64,000 bases of DNA from Desulfurococcales archaeon (GTDB lineage: Archaea; Thermoproteota; Thermoprotei_A; Sulfolobales; NBVN01), in assembly GCA_027002995.1 (NCBI GenBank), contig JALWZB010000155.1:26365-90364 (forward strand), in the 5' to 3' direction. Below are positions 9,714-18,932 of the stretch, one piece after another. The notes under the pieces were generated by a model, which ran no database searches, had not been told where the DNA came from, and saw only the letters and a list, made by a program, of their open reading frames with translations. Made by a program: the position numbers and the translations under genes. Numbering within the stretch: the stretch's first letter is position 1; every line of letters starts with the position of its first letter.

Positions 9714-9770
9714 GCCGGTGATGAGAGCGCTCTTCGATGACTCGATGATTAGAAGTCCCATTGCTGATTT
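9714..9770 (+). ncRNA. C/D box methylation-guide sRNA
   Basis: Box C GTGATGA 9718-9724, 12-nt guide, D' ATGA 9737-9740, C' CGATGAT 9743-9749, guide, box D CTGA 9764-9767; intergenic, after an AT-rich promoter-like tract. Confidence 0.75.
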
Positions 9771-9808
9771 CTTCACGACCTGCTTTAGTTTATTGAAAGA
9801 AGCATACT

Positions 9809-11188
9809 TTAAGGTTCCTGCCCTTTCTTGACAAACTTGTATCTCTCGTAGAGTAGCTCCACGCGCCCATCCTTTATCTCGAATATTACCGGCACTTTGG
9901 AACCGTAGTACCCTATAGTGTAGAATTCTGCGTAGTCTTCACTTATCTTGACCGGCACTAGCGGCGATGGCACGCCCTCAAACTCGCTTATCTCCTCCAC
10001 TGCTAGGAAGTTACCTAGCCTGAATACCTTAACCCTCATCGTGCCTTTGAACGCTTCGTATACGCCGATCAGTTTCGAGTATATCTCATCTTCCCGTATG
10101 AACGGTAATTCCTTGGGGTCTCTTCCCGTGAGGTGCATGAGTGCGCACATACCTATCTTTGAGGGTGGGTACCCGGAAGCATTTGACAACACTGCAACGC
10201 CTACTCTCTTACTGGGTATGAAGCCTATGTACGCGGTGTACACTAGCACGGAGCCACCGTGTCCTATTAGTGTTCCGCCGGGGAAGTTGGGGTGTATCAT
10301 TAAACCATATCCGTACGCGTCTCCTCCGAATATTTCGAAGTTTAACTTGATGTGGGGCTTCCACATAAGCTCTAAGAGTTCCTTTGATACGATTTCCTTA
10401 CCTTCAAATACCCCATCACTTAGGTACATCTTAATGTAGTTCGCTAGGTCCAGCACGTTGCTCAGAAGCCCACCGTCAGCCTCTATTCCATACGGGAAGC
10501 GACTGGGTCTTAGCTCACCGTCCTTCATTATTATGTAGGGCGTAGCCACGTCTGGATCGCTTGCTACGCGCTCCTTAGTGAAGTATGACCTCGTCATCTT
10601 AAGGGGCTTCAGGATATTCTCCCTCACGTACTCCCGGTAAGGCATGCCTGTTACCGACTCGATGATCTTGCCTAGGAGCACATACCCTTCATTGAGGTAG
10701 AAGAACCTGCTTCCCGGCTTAGCGACAGCCCACTTACTCGCTCCCTCCATGAAAGGTATTATGTCCTCTGGCTTAGCTATGGGCAACCACTCACGCTTCG
10801 AACCCAGTAGCCCGCTTATTAATGCTTCCGCATACCCGAGCGCCGGTATGCCGGACGAGTGCGTTAGTAAATGATGGATGGTTACCTTATTTTCATGATG
10901 GTCTATATCCACATCAACGTAGTTAGTTACGGGATCATCCAGCGAGACCTTACTCTCACTGACTAGTTGAAGTATTGCTAGGGCTGTGAAGGACTTCGTT
11001 ATTGAGCCTATGCCATAGATTGTTCTGGGGGTGGCTGGCTTCGTTGCCTCCACATCCCTAAAGCCGAATCCCTTAGCGTAAATTACTTCATCATCACGTA
11101 TTAGGGCTATACTTAATCCTGGTGTGCGGGTCTCAGCCATTTTCTTAATTATAAATGAGTCGAGTGTGCGGAAGGTTTCTTGACTCAA
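9809..11188 (-). CDS. Serine hydrolase of the beta-lactamase/Pab87-type peptidase family
   Basis: SxxK (GSITK), LLTHSSG, YxN (YLN), HGG; C-terminal beta-rich domain. Confidence 0.9.
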   Translation of the reverse strand: MSQETFRTLDSFIIKKMAETRTPGLSIALIRDDEVIYAKGFGFRDVEATKPATPRTIYGIGSITKSFTALAILQLVSESKVSLDDPVTNYVDVDIDHHENKVTIHHLLTHSSGIPALGYAEALISGLLGSKREWLPIAKPEDIIPFMEGASKWAVAKPGSRFFYLNEGYVLLGKIIESVTGMPYREYVRENILKPLKMTRSYFTKERVASDPDVATPYIIMKDGELRPSRFPYGIEADGGLLSNVLDLANYIKMYLSDGVFEGKEIVSKELLELMWKPHIKLNFEIFGGDAYGYGLMIHPNFPGGTLIGHGGSVLVYTAYIGFIPSKRVGVAVLSNASGYPPSKIGMCALMHLTGRDPKELPFIREDEIYSKLIGVYEAFKGTMRVKVFRLGNFLAVEEISEFEGVPSPLVPVKISEDYAEFYTIGYYGSKVPVIFEIKDGRVELLYERYKFVKKGQEP

Positions 11189-11244
11189 TTTTGTTGCCCT
11201 TTGAATTATTCTTGAGTATCTTAGAAAATCCTTCCGCTAATTAC

Positions 11245-12000
11245 TTACACCACGTAAATCATCATGCCATCATACGATACGTAAACGTTGTCCCACCGTT
11301 CCCTCACGTACTTAACTAACCTACTGAAGGGTAGGTTCCTGTGGGATATGTGTGTTAGGATTATTTCCTCAGCCCCTATTCTCTTGCCTATCTCAACCGC
11401 TTCGTCCACGTTATTGTGTTTAGGGTCATGGGAACCGGGCGCTGTTGTAGCGTCAACTAGGGCGACCCTAACCCCCTTCTTCTTAAGTAGCTCCTCAGTT
11501 TCCTTAGGCAATAGCTTGGTGTCGTAGAGAATAGCTATGTTTTCCTTCCTACCTACCTCAATTAAGTAGCCGAAGGTCTCAATGGTATGATTAAGGGGGA
11601 GGGGCGTAACCTCCATGTCACCTAAGTCAATTTTCTCGAAGGGCTTAACGTACCTAATGCGTAAGCTCTTGGGGAAGTGCCTTATCTCGGGGTCAACATC
11701 GCCTGAAGGAGCGTACAGGTCTACAGGCTTCTCGATCCACCTGAACTTATAGAGACCTGCTATGTGGTCGTGATGCCAATGAGTTATCAGAACCGCGTCC
11801 AGATACATTTCCTCAACGTATTCGGACGCGTCCAAACTCATGTCAACCATTATCGAAGTACCGTAACTCGTTACGAAGACCGAGGCAGTACGCCTCTTAG
11901 CGAAGTGATAGATGCGTGCTTCATTACAAGCAGGGCAAACGCAACCCGGTACGGGAACCCCCTCCGAACCTCCCGTTCCTATAAGGACAGCAACTAGCAT
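11245..12000 (-). CDS. PhnP-like metallo-beta-lactamase phosphodiesterase
   Basis: GTGGSEGVPVPGCVCPAC, THWHHDH, LNH, YDT, LTHISH. Confidence 0.85.
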   Translation of the reverse strand: MLVAVLIGTGGSEGVPVPGCVCPACNEARIYHFAKRRTASVFVTSYGTSIMVDMSLDASEYVEEMYLDAVLITHWHHDHIAGLYKFRWIEKPVDLYAPSGDVDPEIRHFPKSLRIRYVKPFEKIDLGDMEVTPLPLNHTIETFGYLIEVGRKENIAILYDTKLLPKETEELLKKKGVRVALVDATTAPGSHDPKHNNVDEAVEIGKRIGAEEIILTHISHRNLPFSRLVKYVRERWDNVYVSYDGMMIYVV

Positions 12001-12212
12001 GCCCGCCTCACCTTCATAGGGGCCACATCATTTACCCCCCGTCAAGACATATACGTTTTTCTTTGTGGCGAGGTTCATAATATGGGAGCATCCTTTTTAA
12101 TGCCATAGATGAAGTGAGTCCTCTAATAGTTTATTGGAGTGAAGCGTACTGCACCCAAATTATTTTAAGATTTGATAAAAACTTTTTAGGAATCGAGCGG
12201 GTGCTAGTAACG

Positions 12213-13952
12213 ATGTCTAACAAGGATGAGAGCGTATTCGTTAGGTTGATTAAGTGCCTGCTAAGGAAGTGGCCGTTACTGCTGGCATCCACTATTGCCG
12301 TCATTACTTACGCTTACACTGTTAGCTTGGGACCCCTGTTACTGAGGTATGCTATAGATTACGGTGTTTCTAAATGTGACCTCAACAATACGGTGAGATA
12401 CTCACTGCTGATCCTTGGTGTGGTCGTCTTAGGTGGTTTATCTTGGTACGTAACTAGGGATATGACTGCCCGCCTTTCTCAGGGACTCGCCCATGACTTA
12501 AGGGTTAGGGCATTCGCTGCTGTGCATAGGCAGTCCATGGAGTTCTTCAATAGGGTTGCGGCTGGTCAGATAATCTCGAAAATCACTAACGACACGAATA
12601 GGTTAGCTAGGGTTCTTTCATGGCAGGTACGGAATGTGGTTAACCTATCATTCACCGCCGGCATCTCGCTGTACTACATGTTTACGATGAGTCCTAGGCT
12701 TTCTTATATTGTTTTGGTCGCGCTGGCTTTAATGGCCGCGGTGAATGCTAAATACACCACGACTATTCGACCTATCTATGATGAGATCAGGCAGCAACTG
12801 GGGACTCTCGCGTCCATAGTTACGAGCAACCTAAACGGGATTAAGACCGTGAAGTCCCTGACCCTAGAGGAGACGGAAATAAGTAAGTTTAAGAAGGAGA
12901 ACAGTAAGTTCGCGGACCTAAACCTAAGGGTAGCTAAGGTAAGGGCCATCTACGGTAACGCGTCGCAGTTAATCCTAGGTATCTCAATGGCATCTATGCT
13001 CTATTACGGAGGGTATGCAGTCTCCACTGGCACGCTGAGCGTCGGTGAATTAACAGCATTCATAACGTACTTGTCGCTCCTGATGTGGCCTATGAGGGCC
13101 TTTGGCTTCATGCTTAGTGCGACACAGAGAGCGTTAGCTGCAGCTAGCAGAGTTTTTGAGATAATAGACATGGGGAAGGCTTCCGAACAACGCAGGGGGA
13201 GGGTAAGGCCGGCATCGTTAAGGGGTGAGGTAGTGTTTAACTCAGTAACGTTCTCCTACGTCAAGGGCAAGCCAGCACTTAAGAGCGTCAGCTTCAGGGT
13301 TAAGCCTGGCGAGAAGCTCCTCTTAGCTGGCCCTCCAGGCTCAGGGAAGTCCACGATACTCAAACTTATACTCAGGTTCTATGAGCCCGAGTACGGTAGT
13401 GTACAGATCGATGGCGTAGATGTTAGGGAGTTGGATCTAGACTTGCTTAGAGGTATAGTTGCCTATGTTCCTCAAGAGCCGTTCATATTCTCTGGTTCCA
13501 TAAAAGAGAATATACTTTTCGGGAACCCGGACGCCAGCATGGATGACGTTGTTAGGGTGGCTAAGATCGCTAAGATACATGACTTCATAGAGTCCCTGCC
13601 TCAAGGCTACGACACGCTGGTGGGTGAGAGGGGCATTACCCTCTCAGGAGGTCAAAGACAGAGAATAGCGATAGCTAGGGCGCTTCTCAAGGATCCGAGA
13701 ATAATGTTGCTTGATGATCCCGTATCGAACCTAGATCTGGAGACAGAGCGTTACCTAGTTGAGGATCTCAAGGAGATCTTGAGGGGACGCACAGTAATCA
13801 TGGTTAGTCAGCGACCGTCCTTAGCGGCCCTAGCCGATCGGGTCATAGTCCTTGAGGATGGGAGGATTGTTGATGAAGGGACTCATGAGGAGCTCTTGAG
13901 AAGGAGTGCGTCATACCGCAAGCTTTGGATCACTGAGGAGGGAGGTGGTTAA
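12213..13952 (+). CDS. ABC exporter half-transporter (TMD+NBD), subunit with degenerate Walker B and switch
   Basis: 6-TM domain, GPPGSGKS, LSGGQ, LLDDP (no catalytic E), SQR in place of the H-switch; start placed at the ATG after GGGTG. Confidence 0.9.
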   Translation: MSNKDESVFVRLIKCLLRKWPLLLASTIAVITYAYTVSLGPLLLRYAIDYGVSKCDLNNTVRYSLLILGVVVLGGLSWYVTRDMTARLSQGLAHDLRVRAFAAVHRQSMEFFNRVAAGQIISKITNDTNRLARVLSWQVRNVVNLSFTAGISLYYMFTMSPRLSYIVLVALALMAAVNAKYTTTIRPIYDEIRQQLGTLASIVTSNLNGIKTVKSLTLEETEISKFKKENSKFADLNLRVAKVRAIYGNASQLILGISMASMLYYGGYAVSTGTLSVGELTAFITYLSLLMWPMRAFGFMLSATQRALAAASRVFEIIDMGKASEQRRGRVRPASLRGEVVFNSVTFSYVKGKPALKSVSFRVKPGEKLLLAGPPGSGKSTILKLILRFYEPEYGSVQIDGVDVRELDLDLLRGIVAYVPQEPFIFSGSIKENILFGNPDASMDDVVRVAKIAKIHDFIESLPQGYDTLVGERGITLSGGQRQRIAIARALLKDPRIMLLDDPVSNLDLETERYLVEDLKEILRGRTVIMVSQRPSLAALADRVIVLEDGRIVDEGTHEELLRRSASYRKLWITEEGGG

Positions 13953-13954
13953 GC

Positions 13955-15733
13955 ATGTACTCTAAAGCGACTCTCTCTAGCGGCATCTCTAGTTGGGTTC
14001 TGCTGAAGCGCGTTATCCGAGGCTTGCTTAGGTATAGGTTGCATGTAGCGTTGATAGTGATCTCCATCTCGGCTTACACGCTCACAGGTTTGGCGGCTCC
14101 GTACATCTTAGGAACGATAATTGACAGGAATATTCTTGGAGGAGACTTAGCGGATCTCCCCTCGTCCGCGGCGCTCTACTTGCTTCTGATGTTAGGGCAG
14201 TGGGGGTCAATGACTGTCAATAGCTACGGGATCCAGATGATTGGGCAACTCTACTTAAGAAACCTTAGGGACACAGTATTTAGGAAGCTCCAGAGGTTAT
14301 CGATGCGCTTCTATACCAAGCACAGGATAGGTGACCTCATTTCAGCCACGATTAATGATACCTCAACACTTAACGACGTGCTCGTGTCCGGCATGTTATC
14401 GGTTGCTGGTAGCATGATTTCACTGGTGGGTGTGGTTGCTATGATGCTTTACTTAAGCCCGACGATGACCGCGGTTGCCTTGGTGAGTTTACCCGTGTTA
14501 GTGGTGATTGCTAAGGTATTCGGAGCCAAGCTCAAGGAAGCTCACCGCAATGCAAGGAAAAGGGTCGCTGAAGCAACAATGGTTGTTGAGGAATCAATAG
14601 CTGGTATTGAGACTATTAAGGCATTCGGCAGGGAGGCCGAGTTCCTGAGGGTCTTCTCCGGAATCTCCACAGAGACTTCGAAGGCCTATATCAGGATAGC
14701 TAGGCTTATGGGGTTATTCTGGCCTTCCATGGACGCGGCAGTTATGCTTTCAACGATACTGGTTCTGATCTACGGGGCCTACATGGTGTCCGCGGGGCTT
14801 ATGAGCGTGGGTATGGTAGTGGCGTTCATTCAGTACGTAAATAGGTTCAGTCGACCAATAACTCAATTCATAAACATGTATGACTCGCTGCAAGCAGCCG
14901 TCGCTGCCGCCGAGAGAATCTACGCTATCGTCGACTCACCCGAAGTTGAGGAGGAAGGCAAGATTGAGTTACCGAGGATTAAGGGCGAGGTTGAGTTCAG
15001 GAACGTTACTTTCGGGTACGATCCTAAGAGACCCGTTCTTAAGGACGTAAGCATACGTGTAGCGCCAGGGGAGACCGTTGCTATAGTAGGTCACACCGGG
15101 GCCGGTAAGACGACATTAGTGAACCTACTTATGCGGTTCTACGAACCAGACCAGGGCCAGATACTCATTGACGGCACCGACATAAGGAAGATCAAGCTCT
15201 CCTGCCTAAGACGCGTAATAAGCTACGTCCCCCAAGAAACGTACCTCTTCCCCGGAACGGTGCTGGACAACATAAGGCTTGGGAAACCGGACGCCAGCGA
15301 TGAGGAAGTCATTGACGTCTGCCGTAAGCTAGGCATCAACGAATTCATACAGCGCCTACCAAAAGGCTACGAAACCGACGCCGGAGAAATGGGAAAGAAG
15401 CTTTCCCTAGGCGAAAAGCAACTAATAGCCATAGCAAGGGCGATGCTAAGGAACCCCCACATAGTAATACTGGACGAAGCACTATCAAGCGTAGATCCCG
15501 GCACTGAAGCAATCGTGAGGAGAGCTATAAAGAGGCTCCTGAAAAACAAAACAGGGATAATAATAGCACACCGACTAACCACAGCAAAAGAAGCCGACCG
15601 AATAATAGTGATGACCGAAGGGAGAGTCATCGAAGAAGGAACACATCAAGAATTACTGAGAAAGAAAGGAACATACAAGGAACATACTATAGACTATATA
15701 CCTCAAGCACGTTCACGAATCAAAAACACTTAA
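13955..15733 (+). CDS. ABC exporter half-transporter, partner subunit (C-terminal tail frameshifted)
   Basis: GHTGAGKT, degenerate signature LSLGE, LDEA, AHR; pairs with the upstream gene as a TM287/288-type heterodimer. Confidence 0.9.
   Translation: MYSKATLSSGISSWVLLKRVIRGLLRYRLHVALIVISISAYTLTGLAAPYILGTIIDRNILGGDLADLPSSAALYLLLMLGQWGSMTVNSYGIQMIGQLYLRNLRDTVFRKLQRLSMRFYTKHRIGDLISATINDTSTLNDVLVSGMLSVAGSMISLVGVVAMMLYLSPTMTAVALVSLPVLVVIAKVFGAKLKEAHRNARKRVAEATMVVEESIAGIETIKAFGREAEFLRVFSGISTETSKAYIRIARLMGLFWPSMDAAVMLSTILVLIYGAYMVSAGLMSVGMVVAFIQYVNRFSRPITQFINMYDSLQAAVAAAERIYAIVDSPEVEEEGKIELPRIKGEVEFRNVTFGYDPKRPVLKDVSIRVAPGETVAIVGHTGAGKTTLVNLLMRFYEPDQGQILIDGTDIRKIKLSCLRRVISYVPQETYLFPGTVLDNIRLGKPDASDEEVIDVCRKLGINEFIQRLPKGYETDAGEMGKKLSLGEKQLIAIARAMLRNPHIVILDEALSSVDPGTEAIVRRAIKRLLKNKTGIIIAHRLTTAKEADRIIVMTEGRVIEEGTHQELLRKKGTYKEHTIDYIPQARSRIKNT
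15666..15687 (+). repeat. Perfect 11-bp tandem duplication AAGGAACATAC x2
   Basis: Copies at 15666-15676 and 15677-15687. Confidence 0.9.
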
Positions 15734-15856
15734 GCTAAACATAACTTCTGAGAGAATTACACAAAACATCTATCCATGATAGCTACCCAACAGTGCCTCA
15801 TGTTTGCATCAATGAATCGTATTTTGATAAGCTAATGAGAAGAAGATATTAGGATA

Positions 15857-15944
15857 TGGCGCCGGGGGCGGGATTTGAACCCGCGCGGGGGTGTACCCCA
15901 CCGGCTTAGCAGGCCGGCGCCCTACCGGGCTAGGCGACCCCGGC
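15857..15944 (-). tRNA. tRNA-Ser(GCT), long variable arm, encoded CCA, no intron
   Basis: GCCGGGG/CCCCGGC acceptor, CCGGC-CT-GCT-AA-GCCGG anticodon arm, GGGGTACACCCC variable arm, TTCAAAT T-loop, G discriminator. Confidence 0.96.
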
Positions 15945-15956
15945 TCCGTTAGGTTC

Positions 15957-16199
15957 TTACTTGAGCGGGGTTATAAGTGTTGTTAGTGTTTGAGTTATGG
16001 TTATTTCGAGTCCCTCGTCTAGTGCTTCTAGTTTTATTGCTTTTTGCGGGCATATTGCTTCGCAGCCGCGACAGTATATGCAGTTGTTTTCGTTTATTAT
16101 TAGTTTCCGGTTCACTATCTGGAAAACATTTGTTGGACAGGTTTCCTCGCATAGGCCGCATAGGTTGCAGTTATTGCTTACCTTGACTTTCACTTTCAC
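15957..16199 (-). CDS. 2x[4Fe-4S] ferredoxin
   Basis: CNLCGLCEETCP and CIYCRGCEAICP. Confidence 0.9.
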   Translation of the reverse strand: MKVKVKVSNNCNLCGLCEETCPTNVFQIVNRKLIINENNCIYCRGCEAICPQKAIKLEALDEGLEITITQTLTTLITPLK

Positions 16200-17017
16200 T
16201 GCTTTGCCTCCTCCCCCGTTATCGCTGCTTTGTAGACTTCAGCCTCTTTCAGCCTTTCCCTGACAAGGGCTGCTAGCTTTGCTGGGTCGACGGCGTGGAC
16301 TCCGTCATCGATTATTGCGTAGGGTACCCATAACGGATTAGTTGGTAATCCCCTCATTTTCTTAGCCATGAGTTGCTTCAGCGGTATGCCTAACTCCATT
16401 AGGTTTGGCTCTATGCGCGTCGCTATAACGCCGTCGACAAGGTATTCTAGATGTGCCGCGAGCTCCTCTAGTACCGTGGTGTTAGTGTGTAGAATCATCA
16501 CTATCGTGGCTCCCTTACCCTTAGATATTATTGCCCGCATCGACTTAATGAACTCTAGCACCTGCATCATCTCAAAACGGAACATTAACTCATTTATCGA
16601 GTCAATAACGACGAGGCTAACAACGTCATCACTAGCTGGCGGAACCTCCTCATGCAGGGCATAAAGCATGCTGTTCAGGTCGTCGAGACGCTGCTCCCTC
16701 GTAACGCCCTTCACCGCCCTCTTCAACTTACCTAGTCTGAAGCTGAAGCAGTCAATTATCTTGAACTTACCCTCATCAATGAACTTATCTAGCCCCCACC
16801 CGAAGTTCGTGAAGAGCTCTATCAGGGCGTCGGGAGAATCATCGAGGTTAACGTAGGTTACATAACCACCCCCCTTCAACACGTTCCACGCTATGTGCGC
16901 AGCCAAAACCGACTTACCTGTTCCCGGCGCTCCCGTGATAGCTACCGTGGCGCTTCTAGGGAAGCCTGCAGGTAGCGCGTAATCTAGGGGTTCAATACTT
17001 GTTTTGAATGCCTTAAT
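16196..17017 (-). CDS. KaiC/RadA-like (RAD55 family) RecA-fold ATPase
   Basis: Frame stays open upstream of the listed ORF: IKAFKTSIEPLDYALPAGFPRSATVAITGAPGTGKS (Walker A); VVIDS Walker B, YLVDG, KMRG; start codon uncertain (ATT at 17017). Confidence 0.85.
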   Translation of the reverse strand: MKAFKTSIEPLDYALPAGFPRSATVAITGAPGTGKSVLAAHIAWNVLKGGGYVTYVNLDDSPDALIELFTNFGWGLDKFIDEGKFKIIDCFSFRLGKLKRAVKGVTREQRLDDLNSMLYALHEEVPPASDDVVSLVVIDSINELMFRFEMMQVLEFIKSMRAIISKGKGATIVMILHTNTTVLEELAAHLEYLVDGVIATRIEPNLMELGIPLKQLMAKKMRGLPTNPLWVPYAIIDDGVHAVDPAKLAALVRERLKEAEVYKAAITGEEAKQ

Positions 17018-17162
17018 GACCCATCACCCTCCTAGAAAGCGCTTCTCACGTAAACTAACTTAACTACCTAGAATAAAACACTAACTTCCAAGACACTACT
17101 ATCCGCATGGCTCGATGAATTATTAATTAAGCTCCCTAGGTTAGGTTAGTGGTGCCGTCATC

Positions 17163-17564
17163 TTGGGTAAGGTGATAGCGCTTAAGGTACCGGGTGGTGC
17201 CGACCCAATAGAGTTCCTTCAGAAGAAGATAAAGGAACTAGGACTTAAGCAGGGCTCCATAACCGGTGTGGGGGGCTTTAAGTGGGTTGAGGTTGGCGTG
17301 CTACGTAGGGAGGGAGGATACGATGTAAAGCGCATGGAGGCCTCTGAGGAATACTTCGTTGAGGTAGCTCCAGTTATAGGTAATTACGTCACGCTACCCA
17401 AGGGCGAGGTTTCGGTACACCTACATGTTACCGTAGGTAGGGAGCACGGTCTTACGTGGTGTGGTCACTTAGTTAGGGCCGAGACTTGGCCTTTCCTTGA
17501 ACTCTTCCTGTATGAGGCCGACAACGACGTACTAGCGGAATTCCCCCACCGCAAGGGTCGATAA
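17163..17564 (+). CDS. PPC/DUF296 domain protein
   Basis: ITGVGG, GN, HLHVTVG, GHL, LELF motifs. Confidence 0.85.
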   Translation: MGKVIALKVPGGADPIEFLQKKIKELGLKQGSITGVGGFKWVEVGVLRREGGYDVKRMEASEEYFVEVAPVIGNYVTLPKGEVSVHLHVTVGREHGLTWCGHLVRAETWPFLELFLYEADNDVLAEFPHRKGR

Positions 17565-17567
17565 GCT

Positions 17568-18932
17568 ATGGTTGACGAGTACTTCAAAGTATGCGTGGTT
17601 GGGGGCGGATTAGCAGGCCTATCCGTAGCTAAGTACCTGCTGGAGCTAGGACTGAAGAGTGTGATGGTGCTTGAAGCGAGCGAGCGGGTTGGGGGACTAC
17701 TTAAGTCGGAGGACGTGAGTGGGTACGTGTTTGACACGGGCGGTTCACACATAATGTTCAGCAAGAACCCTGAAGTTCTGGCGGAAATGACTGCCTTACT
17801 TAACGGTAACGTGATCTACCATAGACGCAACACCAAAATATACTACAAGGGCAGGTTCGTTAAGTACCCATTCGAGAATGGCCTCAAGGACCTCCCACCA
17901 GAGGAAAGGTACGAATGCTTGAAGGGGATGCTGGACGCCTACATCGCGAGGCTAACTGGAAGGGCTAGGGAACCACGCAACTTCCTTGAGTGGATAAAGT
18001 ACGTGTTCGGGGAGGCGATCGCCTCTAAGTACCTGATACCGTATAACGAGAAGATCTGGAAGACAAGCCTAGATAAGATCTCCTTAGACTGGGTTGGTGG
18101 GCGCGTGCCAAACCCTCCACTGGACGACGTCATCAAGGCCGCGGTAGGGCTGGATGTGGAGGGGTATAAGCACCAGTTAAACTTCTGCTACCCGCGCGAG
18201 GGTGGCATAGAGGCCTTAGCAAAATCACTGGCTCGGTTGCTTAGGGTGAACGGGGGCGTGGTAAGAGTCAACGCACCAGTGACCTCTATAGAGCGCTCAC
18301 CACATAACGACCTAATCGAGGTGAGTTCAGAGGAATTCACGGTTAAATGCGAGTGCGTGGTGTATACGTCCCCACTAAACAGGTCACATAAGATATTGGA
18401 ACCCGTACTCCATGAGAAGGTAGCGCTCCTTAACGAGTTAAGGAGCGTGTCCCTCGCAGTGGTTGGCGTAGGTGCTAGGGGACCCACGCCACCCTACCAC
18501 TGGATATATTTCCCCGAGACCAACGTTCCATTCCATAGGGTAGGGATACTAAGTAATTACTCACCAGCCAACGCACCTGCAGGTGGGGTAGCATTAATAG
18601 CTGAGGTATCATTTAAAGAAGACTCAACACCACCTAAAACACGGGTCGAGCGAGAGGTTCTGGAAGGGCTTGAGAGCGTTGGGCTCTTGAGGCTCAGCAA
18701 CGTTGAAGTCACTGAAACATGGTTCTGGAGGGACGCCTACGTGCTGTATGACGATAGGCGCAGGAACGTATTATCTGAGATCCTCCCGCTGCTCAGAAAA
18801 GCAGGAATCTTCCCCCATGGGCGCTTCGGATCTTGGGAGTACCTTAACATGGATGCCGTTCTACTGAAGTCCAGGGAGCTTGCTGGGGACATTATTTCGT
18901 ACCTCAATCACTCGGCCCGACACCACCACTAG
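17568..18932 (+). CDS. FAD-dependent oxidoreductase, UDP-galactopyranose-mutase-like
   Basis: GGGLAG dinucleotide motif, DTGGSHIMFS, PYNEKIW, WVGGRVP, GRFGSWEYLNMD. Confidence 0.75.
   Translation: MVDEYFKVCVVGGGLAGLSVAKYLLELGLKSVMVLEASERVGGLLKSEDVSGYVFDTGGSHIMFSKNPEVLAEMTALLNGNVIYHRRNTKIYYKGRFVKYPFENGLKDLPPEERYECLKGMLDAYIARLTGRAREPRNFLEWIKYVFGEAIASKYLIPYNEKIWKTSLDKISLDWVGGRVPNPPLDDVIKAAVGLDVEGYKHQLNFCYPREGGIEALAKSLARLLRVNGGVVRVNAPVTSIERSPHNDLIEVSSEEFTVKCECVVYTSPLNRSHKILEPVLHEKVALLNELRSVSLAVVGVGARGPTPPYHWIYFPETNVPFHRVGILSNYSPANAPAGGVALIAEVSFKEDSTPPKTRVEREVLEGLESVGLLRLSNVEVTETWFWRDAYVLYDDRRRNVLSEILPLLRKAGIFPHGRFGSWEYLNMDAVLLKSRELAGDIISYLNHSARHHH

Noticed and set aside
12001..15856. tRNA-integrated island carrying the ABC exporter
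   Set aside because: No integrase and no duplicated tRNA 3' end (att site) found by eye
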